From the NCBI RefSeq assembly GCF_009914755.1, contig NC_060947.1: a DNA stretch of 64,000 nucleotides; one strand, given 5' to 3'. This document shows, piece after piece, positions 47,695 through 62,559 of the stretch. The notes beneath the pieces were generated by a model. It ran no database searches. It was not told the DNA's origin and saw nothing but the letters and a program-made list of their open reading frames with translations. The translations under genes and the position numbers were made by a program. Each line of letters begins with the position of its first letter. The first letter of the stretch is position 1. Origin of the DNA: the human T2T-CHM13v2.0 reference genome, Homo sapiens.

Positions 47695-48710
47695 CATTGA
47701 AAAAATTCTTTCCTTGAGTAATAGTGGCACCACCCTAGTTGAAATCAATTGACCATAAATGTGTATGTGTGTGTGTTTTCTAGACTGTCAGTTCTACTCC
47801 ATTGATCTATGCATCTATCCTTTTGCCAGTATTGCACTGTTCTGATTACTATAGCTTTGTAAGTTGTGAAATCAAGAAGTATGATACTGCAAATTTTGTT
47901 CTTTTTTTCAGATTGTTTTGGTCATTGAGTCTCTTGTAATTCCACATGAATTTTAAAATTAACTTGTTCATTTCTGCAAAAAAAAAGGCAGTTGGAATTT
48001 TGATAGGGATTGCATTAAATCTGGAGATCACTTTAAAGAGTATTGCCATCTTGACAACATTAAGTCTTCCAATCTATGAATACAATGTCTTACAGCTTAC
48101 TTAGGTCTTTAATTTCTTTTGGTAATGTTTTACAGTACTTAGTGTGCAGGTCTTGCACCTCCTTGATTAAATTTATTCCTAAGTATTTTTTTCATGCTAT
48201 TACTAATGGGATTGTTTTCTTAAATTCATTTTCAGATCCTTGGATGCTACTATTAATATATATTTTTGTATACCAATATCGTATCTTGCAGCTTTGCTAA
48301 ACTGTTAGCTCTAATAGCTTTTCTGTGGATTCCTGAGTATTTTCTATATACAAGATGTTTCTATATGCAAATAGATAGTTTTACTTCTTTTTTTCCAATA
48401 TGGATCATTTTTATTCCATTTTCTTGCCTAATTCCCTTGCCTGTCACCCTGTACCTCCAGTACAATGTTGAATAGAAGTGAGGAGAGTAAAAATTCCTGA
48501 CTTTTTTCTGATGTTTGGAGGAAACATTTCAATCTTTTACCACTAAGTATGCTTCTAGCTTTGTGTTTTTAATAGATTACCTCTATTGGATTGAGGATGT
48601 TTCTGTCTATTCTTAGTTTGTTGAGTGCTTTTTATTATGAAAGGTTGTCAGATTTTGTCAAATTATTTTCCTGCATCTATTGAGGTGATCATATTTTTTT
48701 CCTTTTTATT
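47695..48710 (-). mobile_element. L1M ORF2 fragment
   Basis: ORF track [20 protein letters not shown]. Confidence 0.8.
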
Positions 48711-48711
48711 A

Positions 48712-50130
48712 ATATTACAAAGCTACAGTAATTATGACTGTGTGGTAATGGCATAAGAGTAGGCATAAAGTTCAGCGGAATAGAATTGAGAGTGCAGAAA
48801 TAAACTCATATATCTATGTCAATTTTTTTTTACAAGGATGCCAAAAGCATTCAATGGGAAATCAATAGTCTTTTCAACAAATAGTGCTGAAACAGCTGGA
48901 TATCCACATGCAAAAGAATAAATTTGGACCACTTTCTCATGCCATATACAAAAACGTAAACTAGCTCAAAGAGGTAGATATAAGAGCTAAAACAATAAAA
49001 CTCTCAGAAGAAAACATAGGCATAAATCTTTGTGATCTTTGATTGGACAATGGTGTCTTAAATATGACATCTAAAACACAAGCAACCAAAGAAAAATACA
49101 TAAATGAGACTTCATAAAAATTAACAACCTTTATGCATCAAAGGACACTAGCAAGAAAATGAAAAGATCGCCCACAGAATGGGAGAAAATATTTACAGAT
49201 CATATATCTGGCAAGAGTCTAGTATCCAGAATATATCATGAGCTCTTATAACTCAACAATGAAAACACACCTTAAATTTTTAAAAAGGCAAATGATTTGA
49301 ATAGCCATTTCTCCAAAGATCTACAGATCAACAATAAGCACATGAAAAGATGCTCAAGATCATCAGTCATTAGGGAAACACAAAGTAAAATGACAATAAG
49401 ATATCATTTAATATCACATGGAATGGCTATAATAAGAAAAGAAAAAGAAGTATTGGTAAGTATGTGGAGAAACTGGGACCCTCATGCATTGCTGATGGGA
49501 GGTAAAAATGTATACCCATTGCAGAAAACAGTCTGGCAGTTCCTCAAAAAGCTAAGCCTAGAGTGTTATCATATGACCCTGGCCCACCAATTATACTCTT
49601 GGGCATATATCCAAGCAAAATGAAAACATATATTTATACAAACACTTCTACATAAATTTTCATAGTAGCATTATTCATATTCATAACAGCCAGAAAGTGG
49701 AAATATCCCAAATGTCCATCAACTTATGAGTGTATAAATAAAATGTGTTATAACCACACAATGGAGTATTTTGACATAAAAAGGGAATTAAATAATTTAT
49801 ACATGATATAACATGGATAAACCTTGAAAACATTATGCTAAGTGACAAATATCAGACAGAAAAGGCCACATATTGTATGATTTCTTTTATATGAAATGTC
49901 CAGAATAGGCATAGAGACAAAAACTTGGTTAGTGGTTGCCAGAGGCTGGGAGAAAGGGGAAATGGGCTGCGACTATTTAATGGACATGGGTTTCTTTTTG
50001 AGGTAATGAAAATATTCTGGATTTAAATAGAGGTGATAACTGCACAATCTCGTGAATATGCCAAAGCCACTGAATTGCACACTTTAAACATACAAATTTT
50101 ATGTTTTATGAGTTATGTATTAATAAAAAA
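48712..50130 (+). mobile_element. L1MB7/8-like 3' end
   Basis: ORF2 C-terminus plus 3'UTR 'tgtccagaataggc...gtggttgccagaggctggg...ccactgaattgcacactttaaa'. Confidence 0.82.
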
Positions 50131-50308
50131 GTTAATTTTTAATCCAAAAAGCACTTTGAGAAAAAAATTAAAAATTAATATGTGTCAGAAAAAAATACGG
50201 ACAATACAAAAATCTATCACTTGCCCTAACTCTTGCCAGGTGTATCTGTGATACTTTAGGCTGCCCAACCAGCCTTTCACAAGCTGTAGCAGTTTCAAGA
50301 TGCCAGGG

Positions 50309-50631
<323 letters not shown>

Positions 50632-52485
50632 TCAGAGTATTGGCCCAGGTCCAAGCTAATTCAGACTGTGTGAACCTTTTCTTCTTTCTTTACAACAGAA
50701 ATTAGCAAGGGTGTCTCATTTCCAGGAGGGGAAGTACAGAAAAGAGTACTGTGGTTATATATCTCCAAAGTTAGCTAAGATGAAGCTGCAGATTCAAGAT
50801 TAAGCAACATTAAATTTCAGCTGAAATTGTATATCTGTCTGCTGCCACTTTATAAAATTTTTCACTTAAGATGACACAAAAGCCTATTTATTGAGTTGTG
50901 TACACCATTAAAGTTTAAAAGTTTGACATGCATATGCTGTTTTTTGTGTGGCAGTAATTAACTGTAATTGAAAAATATCCCATTTTTTATGGTTCTCTGA
51001 ATTTTCAGTGATCTTTTCCCCTCCCTCCTTCCTCTCCTCTAACTCTGACTGCTTCACCATAACATAATCCTCCCCTGCCCCACATTCAAGCTACTTTAAT
51101 AGAAATGTAAGCAATTTAAGTAGGGTACCCGTTACGTCACAAGGTTTTAAAATTATTAAGGCTCCTACTCTCCTAGTCGGGTCTATCTTTGAGATATGTG
51201 ACTTTATGCCTGGAACCATGGGTGAGTGGAGCTGGGAAATATACCCATCACATAGAAGAAAAGGGCTCTGTTCTATAATATTCCTTTTGTCCATCTCACC
51301 TTCTCTAAGAATGGAACATAAACCTCATTCAAGAAAGATGTGTGAAAAACACTTCTGAGATAGCATATAGTAGAAGAAGTGTCTATGCCTTCATCAGGAT
51401 CCCTGAGAGGTGAAATGTCCTTTTTATAGCTGGCCAATTCTGAATTTTAATATTATCTCCTTCAAGGAGACTCAGGCCTCCTTGCTAAAGCACAGCTTAT
51501 AATTCTTCCACTTGTACTTTCTAGGCAGGATTTTTATAACTAGATCTACTTTTCTTCATCAGTCTCTTGCTTTCTGGCTTCACTCATTTCATCTCCGGTT
51601 CTACCCATAATTCTTGGCTGAATTCCCACTTGATCCTACTACTGGTCATAACCTACCAGGAAAAATCCCCATGGGACATCATTCACTCTGAAATATTTTT
51701 GTCTTGCCTCAGAGTCACAGAAATTTCGTCACCTAAGCAAGGAAAATATATTTTCAAATAGTAACATGGTGTCTGCCTGGACACAATTTAAAATAACTCT
51801 TAGGAAAATCTCTGATCTTGTATTCCCAAATATTTGGATATATTTTGATCTGCAGGTCTTCTTCATGCTGTTCATACTTTGTATGAAAGGAGTGTGCTTC
51901 ACAAAGCATCAGACTGAATACAAGAAAATCAATACGCAATCTGTGTGATAATTAATTAAGGTGCCAGAATGAATGACTTTTTCTTCCCCTTCTGATTTGG
52001 GTCAGAGTCGTGTTTGATTTGGGAAGTTGTCCATTTTCAATTATGGTTTGTTCTGTGTTCTTTTTATGTGACCAGAATGAATGACTGGCAGAAAATCATG
52101 TTATGGCAAAAATCTATGGGATAAGTTTAACACGCTGAAGATGTGGTTTGGCAAAAGTTATTTCCAAGAAAAGGCTGATAAATCAGAGTGAGATCGTTTA
52201 GGAGAAAGGCATACCTACATGTATAGGTAAGACTGTGATGAAGCCAACTTTATTCTCTGTGCATTGTTTTCAGTTTTCACATACAGTCATTAAGCAAACA
52301 TTTGGTGAGCAAATACTCTATGTCAAGCATTGTACAACGCACTAGAGGTGCAGCTATGTATAAGAATGTTGTGCGTTCAGAAAATTTCTAACAAGGGAGA
52401 GCAACATTAAACAAAGAGTCCCACACATAATTCATTAAGTACAATTTTTTGTAGTGCTACAAAGGAGTATACAGTAGTTCCCCAT

Positions 52486-53205
<720 letters not shown>

Positions 53206-55730
53206 CATGGATTTTTGGATGATGACAAACATCATCCCTTATCTGTGTTTCACTTTCCATGGTTTCAGTTATTCATGGTACAGTACAATAAGATATTTTG
53301 AGAGAGAGAGAAAAATAGAATACATTCACGTAACTTTTATTACAGTATATTGTTATAGTTGTTATAGATTTTATTATTAGTTATTGTTGTTAATCTCTTA
53401 CTGTGCCCAATTTATAAATGACAATTCATCATAGATCTGTATGTAGACGAAAAACATAGTATATATAAGGTTTGGTACTATCCACAGTTTCAAGTATCCA
53501 CTGGGGGTCTTGGAATGTATCAGCCACAGATAAAGAAGAACTACTGTACCTTGTCTAGCTGGATTTTTCCATAACTCTAAAGTTACTATTCAGACTAAAG
53601 CCAGGAAACATCCAGAAAGCTTTCTATGGCCTTCTGTACATGAAGGCTAAGGGCATAAATAAATAATGGATGGAGGGATTCCTTCTCAGGGATAAAGTGA
53701 GAGGTCTGGTGACCTCAGTTTGGGGTCTAGAGTATCAGACAATGTGCCCCAACCAAAGAAAGCACTCAATAATGTAATGCAGCTCATTCCCAGTCCAAAG
53801 CTCAGCTTCCTTTATGCTTATTTTACTTGGTGAGAACTAGTTCTCATTGAACATTGCCCAGAGACAGGTTGATAATGATGATCAAGAACAGGCTGTTAGT
53901 GAACTCCAGAGGTGGTAGGGCTGATGACAGACCTAATTCTCTGGCAAGGGGATGGCCTTAATGTCTATTAATAATAATTCTGGATTGCTTGGTGTTAAAA
54001 ATATCAGGATGATTGAATGAAGGAGGCTAGAGAACATCTATAAGTGAACAGGGTCCTATTCATTCTGGATGATATAGGCATCACCAGCCTGAAGGCAGGG
54101 GACCTGGAACAGATCTCTTCAGGTATAAGATTCTGTGAAGTTTAACTTGCTGAAGGATTAACACTCCTAGAAGAATGGCTGAATGCCAATTCCACTTTCC
54201 TTAAATGTGCATTGAAATAGTACTTGCTGGTGCCAATTTATTCTTAGCTCTGTGGGCCTGCCCATGGATATTTCACATAGAGGGGAACATTACTTATATT
54301 TGATGCAAGGGTCCCAGCCTAAAGGTGCTCACAGTTTTCATAACTCAATTTAGTGTAATTATACTCAACTTAGGGAATGAACAACTCCCGATTCCTCTCC
54401 CCAGTGGGCACATGATTAATTGGCTTAGTGACGAAAAAAATGGCTTCAACACAGACCTAAGCTCTAGTGGGCTCCCAGAAGATTAGGTTTTAAATTTCGA
54501 TAGAGTTTACTTGGCCCTCTGTCATTAAACTGGGATAAGTCAAGTTTAAAAACCAAGGCCTTTTTATATCAGCAAGGGCAGAAAAACCCTAAAGTAAGGA
54601 CAAGAGTTTATCTAGCATATATGCCAGACAGATGCCAAATGCCAGTTGACTAGCACATCTTTATGGGGAAGGATGCCGCATTTTAATAATTAGCCCCATT
54701 TTAGAATAATTGGCATGTAGAATCTTTTTGAGATCCTTTGGAGATAACATTTTTTAGGAGTCATTCTGATTCTATTTGCATGTTAAGCCCTTACCAGTAT
54801 CTACTTGGTCTGGGCTGTTGCAAATGTAATGATCTTAGTCATGTTCAGTCATTTGTGTAACCAATATACTATATACGTAAGTGTATTTGTAGCCATCTGA
54901 GCATGAATGCATGTTTCACTCCCTTTGTGAGAATTTGGAGATGTTAAAAAAAAAATGGGCGTCTGTAGGAATGGTGTATCCCCTTTGGCAGGTATATGTT
55001 GCCACTCCACTTACATACTCTGAGAACTCTACAATCAGGGATTTAAAGACATTGCTTCTGTTAAATGTTCCCTCTAAACATGTATGTCTAACTGGGGGTA
55101 ATGCTTTGCAAAGAACGTATGCTCTAGAAAAGGGTGGTTTCAAAATCAGTTATTGCCACTCAGCCTGCAGTCATCATTTAGCTGAATGCAGGAAGCAGGG
55201 CTTTTTTACGTTTGACTCTTCCATACCATTGTGACCCCCATGCCTAATTCAGGAAATGATGTGGAATAGAAAAATTAAATATTTTAAAATGCGCAATGTG
55301 TGGAGTGTGGAGAGAGACACTATTTAAAGAACACCTATAGGGAATTCTTAGTCCCATCTAGTTTTCGAGAGTAGTCATGCAGAAAGTGGTAAATTATACA
55401 TTTAGCTGGGCCCAAGTTTCTGAGGAGTCAGGTGTTACAAGTCTGATTTCATGTCATCCTCTTCCAGTTTAGCTGACTAGTCTAACCCTTCACCCACACC
55501 AATTGTGCTCTCTGAAGGATTTCAGTTTAGCTGTATGCTAGGCCAGGAGGTAAATAAAGGCAGATAAAGTTATGGCATCCAGTTGCCTCAGCTCTTGAAA
55601 AGATTTGATTCTGACTCTACCCTCCCCAACACACCGCACAAATGCTACATCATTCTCCTTCATCCTGTACAAATATTCTGTTTCTGACAACCCACATATT
55701 CTCAACTGACTTACTAGTTATTTAGCCACT

Positions 55731-56018
55731 TATATTAATCAGGGTTCTCCAGAGAACAGAACCAATTGTGTGTGTATGTATGTGTGTATATACATATGTG
55801 TACACACACTTACATAACCAATGGGCTACATGTTAGGGCATTTGTGGCTATCTGAACATGAATGTATGTTTCAGTCTCTTTGTGATTGAAACATAAACAC
55901 ATGTATGTACACATGTGTGTATATATGTGTATATATATAAAGTGATTTATCATAAGGTATTGGTTCTCATTATTATGGAGGCTGGTAAGTCCTATAATCT
56001 GCTGTCTGTAAGCTAGAG
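55731..56018 (-). mobile_element. MLT2 (ERVL) LTR fragment with TG/TA microsatellite
   Basis: 'tcagggttctccagagaacagaaccaat' and 'attatggaggctggtaagtcc'. Confidence 0.75.
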
Positions 56019-56305
56019 AATAGGCTATTGCAATAACCCAAAATGAAAGCTGACAGTGATATGAACCTGGTGCTGGCAATAGAAGTGGTGAAATGTGGTT
56101 GGATTCCACATATATTTTAAAAACACAGGCAACAGTATTTGCTGATGGGTTGGAATGAGGGGTAAGAAAGATAGTAGTAAAAGATGATAGCATGGCCAAG
56201 CAAAGGAAAGGATCAAGTTGCTCCTTACTATAATGAGGAAGCCTGGAAGAGGTTTTTGGGGGTGGAGAAATTTTGAGCACAGTTTTAAACATGTTCAGTT
56301 TGCCA
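56019..56305 (-). mobile_element. L2 fragment
   Basis: 'ggctattgcaataaccca...ggattccacatatattttaaaa...tttgctgatgggttggaatgagg'. Confidence 0.7.
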
Positions 56306-57889
56306 CCTTTTCAATATTAACATACAAATTAGATGTGTTTGGTGCCTGGAACAGTGCCCAGAATGAGGCCCGTACTCAGTAAATAGTTTTAACTGAATGA
56401 ATTAATACTCTTTAAGTTCTCTCTGCCTCCTCTCAGTTACAACCACATCATCTCACCAAGTTAGTCTGCTTCTTCATTATAACTGATTCTCACATTTGGT
56501 GTTAAGTGAGCCTAAAAACACAACTGATGATTTCCTTTGACCTCTTTCTAAGATAACTCTACTTAGTCTCACATACTTTCTATTTTCTGGGAGTGTCAAG
56601 AAGGCCCTGTTTGCTCTGGTTTCCCATCTGTGAGCAAGAAAAACAGGTAGGAAGCCTGTTATTAATCTTCTTGCATCAATACTTACATTGTAAACCTATG
56701 CCGCCATCTTTCATTAGTCACAGAGAAGACTAATTACATTGACTAGACTGATGAACTCAGTATGCAAATGTTCATGTAATAAGATGGTCTGCCCAATTTT
56801 CTCCTGCAGTTATTCAAATACCTCCCCAATGTATAGCAAAGCCAGAAAGTCCTACGGTTCACTAATGTTAAAAAGTATATATGTGTGGGCTTCTGGGCCT
56901 ATGGATACATAAATATGTAAAATTGGCCATCTTTACAACTTGATGGTGGTCAAAGTAGAACTAGGCTAGGGTACTGGGACCAAGAAAGGCAGTTAATGTG
57001 TATGAGTGTCCCCTAAGGGTATGATATTTGACAGGGATTTGCTAACCAGGACTAGCACAGACTAGTCATTACAACCTGAAGGAGGCACAGTCATCCATGA
57101 AGATTATTTCTGCTGTGCTGAGGGTAAGCTGAAGATAAAGGGTGTTCCTGGTCCCATAATAAAAGAGAAACAATGAATTATTTTGTATAAGGCAGTTTTC
57201 AAACGCCTGGGTAAAAGTCTACCCTGGTGGCTTCCTTTCCTGAAGCAATGGCGTTAATCACTGGAAGTTAACTAGCAGGTCCAATAACTGTAGTCACAAT
57301 AATGAGAACCTGGCAAACAGTATTTTGTTCAGAGGAGTCTGAGCTTCAGGGCCTGTCTTCATTAGTGGGTTCTAGTTTAGCTGAGAGTTGTGGGCTGAGC
57401 AGAACTTCAAGCTCTTTCTGAGCCCCAGACCAGCTATAGTCTCAGAAAAGGATTTTGTGCCATTAAAGGTGGGTCATTAGCTATAAGCGTTTTATCTCCA
57501 CCAAGAGGGGTAAATTTCCCACTGATTATTGTGCTCTGTTTTGGAGAAAGTTTCAGAAAAAAACACTAGTGACGAAGCTTTATAGCAGATGTTGGGGGTG
57601 GAGAGTTATTTTGTTATTTTTTGTGTGCATGTGTGTGTTGGCAGGAAGGTATAAGATCTAAAAATTAAATTTAAAAAACATAAGAATTGGAAAGTAAGGA
57701 ACAAATTTATTGAAATCTGGTGAGTGTAACTGGATGAACAATGGATGTAAAGATGAACAGCTTCTCATGGCCAAACTAGGACTAGAGCTCTTAGCTGGAC
57801 TCTGGAGCAGTCAGGGCACAGAAAGAACTCACTGATCCCTAGGCAAAGGCCAATGGTGCTAGGGGACCAGAGAGGGAAGATTTGCTCAG

Positions 57890-58345
57890 CAACTCATTCA
57901 TTCTTCATTCATTTATTCATTTAACAAACATTTATTGATTAGTCACTCTGAGCTGTATTGGGGCCTCAGTCTACATTGATGAATCAAACAAACGTGACCT
58001 GTCCCCTGGAATTCACATCCCAGTGGCTGAAATGGACAAATATGTAGGGAAAAAATACAGTAATAAAAAGCTGTGATAAATGCTATTGAATGCTGACCAT
58101 AAAATAGACATTGCACAAGGAGATTTAATCTTTCCACTTCAAGGCAAGGATAGACCCTGTCACTCTCTAACATTTTTTAATTACTTGAAATGATTTAATT
58201 CTTAAATAATATATTTATTTTCTGTTTTCTCCAAGTACATTGAAAGCCCCCTGATAACAAGTCTTGTTCACAATTACATGTCTTGTTCACTGCAGTGTCT
58301 TTCTCAGTGCTCAATAATTACTTGTTAGGCAATTGAATGGATGAA
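57890..58345. mobile_element. L2 3' ends (minus about 57890-58140; plus about 58145-58345)
   Basis: (cattc)n-like tail 'tcattcatttattcatttaacaaacatttattga'. Confidence 0.65.
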
Positions 58346-58479
58346 TTTTTTATTATCTTCATGTTAACCCTGTTAGATGTGAAATACAAAAATCAATTAT
58401 GCCCATCTTATAGATGAGGATATGAGGCTTTGGAATGGATCTGGATTTGGGAATCAGCATCTTATTAAGATATAACTAC

Positions 58480-58725
58480 TACTAATAATAATGATTTATT
58501 GGATGCTCACTATGTGTCAGGCAGTGTGCTAGGTTCCCTGTGTGGATCATGTTATTGAATCCTCACAACAGCTCTGTGACATAGATGCTATTATTATCCC
58601 CTTTATATACATGAGGAGTATGAGGATCAGAGAGATAAAGTTACTCATTCTAGATCAAGGGGGTGACAGTCCACAACTAATTTGAATGTCTGTTTTGAAG
58701 ACCTAGGCTCACTCCACCCACTATA
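58480..58725 (-). mobile_element. MIR SINE
   Basis: 'tcactatgtgtcaggcagtgtgcta...aatcctcacaacagctctgtga'. Confidence 0.75.
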
Positions 58726-58952
58726 CCAGAGTGCTTGCATGGCCTTTATCTGTTCTACAGGAGAATGCCAGGCAGACACTGTTTCTGACTTACTTTACTA
58801 CCCGTTGGGCTCGTTAGTTTGGTTTGAGTACAGAGGAGGAAACTAGAACCAGTTAGTTCCTTATGGTTACATAGTCTTTTATGACAGAGCTAAGGCCAGA
58901 TCTAGGGCTTCTGGCTTCCAGGCCAGTTTTCTTTGATGTGACCACGTGATCT

Positions 58953-59930
58953 CTTTTCTCAGTGACTTTGAAATTTAATCCCTCCTATAAAGGTTTCCTT
59001 TCTGAATGGGGCCACAAATATTAAAAGCTCCTTGTACTTTCAGAAACTTGAACCTTATACATGATACTTGTATATATCTGAGCAGCCCCCAATTCGATAT
59101 TTCATATTGAGAAGGAAGAAAATGACCTGAGCAAAGTAGAATCAAAATTCTCCTCATCCTGAAAATCTACCCTCAGCTTTGTAGTCCGCCAAATAAGTTC
59201 CTGGACGATTTGTGGAAGAGAAGTAGCCCAAAAGACTGAAAACAAAAGCACACTGTATAAAGACAGGTAGGCAGAATGAAATAACTAAAGATTCACCGGT
59301 GCAGAGATAGTGAAAAAGCAACCCCCTCTTCAGTATGGATTTCAGGAGCCTCAATGCATGAAAGTCCCATGATTTTCTTCTTAAAATTATCTTTGTATGA
59401 TTCTTAAGTTTGAAAATGTAAAAATAACAAGAATAAGAAAATATAAAAAGGTTATGGCACCAACTGTTTGTCACTGGTTCATTTATTACTATAGCTGTCA
59501 CCTAAAAATGTATGAAGAATGTGACATAGAAGAGCTAAGTTCAGGTGAGAGAACATATTCATGGTTAAGAGCATGGCCTCTGGAGCCATTCTACCTGCTT
59601 TGGAAACCGGGCTCTTCCATCTACTGGATTGGCAGCCATGGAGGAGTCATTTTATCTTTTTGGACCTCAGTTACCTCATCTATAAAATAAGTACTAGTTG
59701 GATAATATTATATTACTATATATTATATATGATATTATGTATTCTGTTTTTCTTAGGTCATTTTCCTTCTTGTCAATATGAAATATAGAATTGGAGTCTA
59801 CTCAGAAATATACAAGTGTCATGTGTTAAGTTTAAGGTGCTGAAAGTACAAGGAGCTTTTAATATTTGTAGCCCCATTCAGAAAGCAAATCTTTGTAGGA
59901 GAGATTAAATTTCAAAGCCACTGAGAAAAG
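58953..59930. repeat. ~190-bp inverted repeat (arms 58953-59142 and 59741-59930, 598-nt spacer)
   Basis: Arms about 85% complementary by manual alignment; perfect 30-bp core 59014-59043 / 59840-59869. Confidence 0.92.
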
Positions 59931-60082
59931 GGATAAGATAAAATAGTCGTGCTGAGGAAAATAATATTATCCACACTAATACCTACAACCTAGAGTTTCT
60001 GTAAGTACTAAATGGGATTACACCAATAAAAGGCTTAGAACAATGTCTGTCATAATAGTAAATGGTAATAATAGTTTTTATT
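59555..60082 (+). mobile_element. MIR split by the right arm of the inverted repeat (about 59555-59700 and 59975-60082)
   Basis: 5' half ends 'cctcagttacctcatctataaaat'; 3' half 'taatacctac...gcttagaacaatgtctgtcataatagtaaat'. Confidence 0.65.
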
Positions 60083-61019
60083 ACATGGGGGAAAGATCAT
60101 AAAATTAAAATTTATTTCCTTATATTCTACCATGCATTTCACATTTATTGATCTCTCCTTCTGGGCCAAGCAGTGTGCTAGGCACTTGATAGATGGATGA
60201 GATGCATCCCCTGCCATCAAGGAGTATCCAATCTAGGAGAACACAGACTCATACACAACTGATTATAATGATATGTCTATTCCCAGTAAGCATTTCCAAC
60301 CACAGGCATTATTTGCCATCATGTATCTCTTTCTCTTTATCACATTGCTATTCAGCATACAGAATGTTAAAGACCAGATGGTGTTAAGCTGCCCATTTTA
60401 GGACTAGTTGTAAAAGTTCACTCCTTATCTCACATTTAACACATTATCTTAATGAGAAAACCATTCACAAAGCATTTACGGAGTACTTACTCTTAGTTGG
60501 TACCTTGAGAAGGATATAAAAAGGAGTGCAGCTATGGGGCTTTGGGAAAAGCACCAGACTTGAAGTCAGAAATCTTGAGTTTGAGTCAGGGCTTTGCCAC
60601 TGATCAAATTGATTGACCTTGGATGAGTCACCTAAAAACTGTGTAGCTGAGAATATTAAATGAACTAGAAAATAGGAAAACAGCTGGCTTTCAATAATTT
60701 TCCAGTTATTCAGCCTTTCATTTTTTCAGTATAAGACACAAGACACTGACGAATTAATGAATGTCAGTAAGATGGACGAATTCACTGTAAAAGATATCAA
60801 AGCAATTTTGTGATTAACATAGCTTTCTCCTGACACCTAGAGAACCCAAATGATAAAGTGGGGAGTTTGAAGAAGTAAGCAGCTGAGTGCTTCAGGAGGA
60901 TTCACTAGTGGTAGGTGCAGGATGGCTTTTTGGCTGGGGCAACAATGGAGGGTCACCACTTTTAATGAATTCATTCTTTTTGAGAATATTTAGAAAGCAA
61001 TAAAAGGTCAAATCTGGCA

Positions 61020-62555
61020 TCTCATCCTCCCATCCATTATCACGTCACTGAAATTGACTTTTGCTAAGTTCACCAATGACTTTATTGTCAATGAAACCAA
61101 TGGTCACTTCTGAATCTTGATTTTATGTGACTGTTTAGTAGTATTCTCCATAGTTGGCCACTCTGTCTTCCTTGATATAGTTACTTCCTTGGACTTCTGT
61201 AACACACTATCCTGATATACTTTACAGGTGCTTTTTCTCAGTCTCCTTTTTGAGCCCTTCTTCTATTATCTAAAAATTATATGGCAGAGGTCCTCAAAGC
61301 TCAGTTTTTTCTAGACCCTCTTTATTCTTACCACTCTACCCTCCCTAAATTCAGTTACCATGTATACATAAATGGGCCCCAAATCCAGCTCTGCTGGACT
61401 CCAGACTCACATAGCCAACTGCCTTGTCAACATCTGCATCTGGATGTCCACATCCTACAGGTATGTTAAACTGGACATGTCACAGGATGAATTTATCAAC
61501 TCACTACCCTCTGCAATAACCTTGACTGTACTTGACTATACTCCTCTTCATTCCTCCCAAATCAAATGCACCAGCAAGTTCTGTTTTTGTTGTTGTTGTT
61601 GGTTTTGTTTTTGAGATGGAGTCTCACTCTGTTGCCCAGGCTGGAGTACAGTGGCACAGTCTCAGCTCACTGCAACCTCCATTTCCTGGGCTCAGGTGAT
61701 CCTCCTGTCTCAGACTCCTGAGTAGCTGGGACTACAGGCCTGTGCTACCATGCCCGGATTTTTTTTTTTTTTTTTTTTGTATTTTTGGTAGAGACAGGGT
61801 TTCACCATATTGCCCAGGCTGGTCTCAAATTCCTGACCTCAGGTTATCAGCCTCCGTTGGCCTCCTAAAGTGCTGGGATTACAGGCATGAGCCATGGCAA
61901 CCAGCCAAGTTCTGTCATTTTTTTGCACCAAAATATACTTTGGCTATGTTAAAGTCTCTTAATCTTCTCTGCCACCACCTTAGTCTAAGCCTCAGTGGTG
62001 TCTGAGCTAGACCACTGCAACATTCTCTTAACTGAATTCAGCATATATACTATTGCCATTTGCCTGGATGATATTTTACAAACGTAAATTAGATAATTTC
62101 ATGCCCTTGTTTAAAACTTTTAAAATAGGTCCCCATTATCCTTAGAATAAAGCCCCAAATAATTACTATGCTCTATAAGGCCCTGCATGAACTGACCTGT
62201 GTCCATATCTCTGACCTCATCTTGTACCTTTCTCCCATTTGCTCTCCCGCTTCACTCTACAAACATATTGGGCTTCCTGTCTCAGTGCTTCAGCATTCTC
62301 TTTCTCTCTCCCTTTCTTACATTTCAGATTTCAGTTCAAATATCACTTCCACCAGGAAGCCTTGCCTCCAGGCTAGCTTAGTCTACCTGTTTTGTGTTCC
62401 ATAGAAAGCTGCACTCTCTCTTTTTCCCTCTCAGAACCCATTTTCTTACTTGTTTAATGTTTTCCTTCTCCATTAGACTCTTAAGTTTCATGAAGGCCAG
62501 AACTGTGTCTGTCTAATTCACCAAGCACGATACCTGGAACATAGCAGATATCTTT
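61020..62555 (+). mobile_element. L2a fragment interrupted by Alu
   Basis: 'gctaagttcaccaatgac', 'catctgcatctggatgtc', 'aggccctgcatgaactgacc', 'cattagactcttaagtttcatgaaggcc'. Confidence 0.75.
61583..61905 (-). mobile_element. AluJ/AluS
   Basis: Dimeric Alu, (ttg)n tail; TSD-like caagttctgt. Confidence 0.88.
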
Positions 62556-62559
62556 AAAA

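Noticed and set aside
55810-56292. 160-aa minus-strand ORF
   Set aside because: Reads through L2, MLT2 and microsatellite sequence
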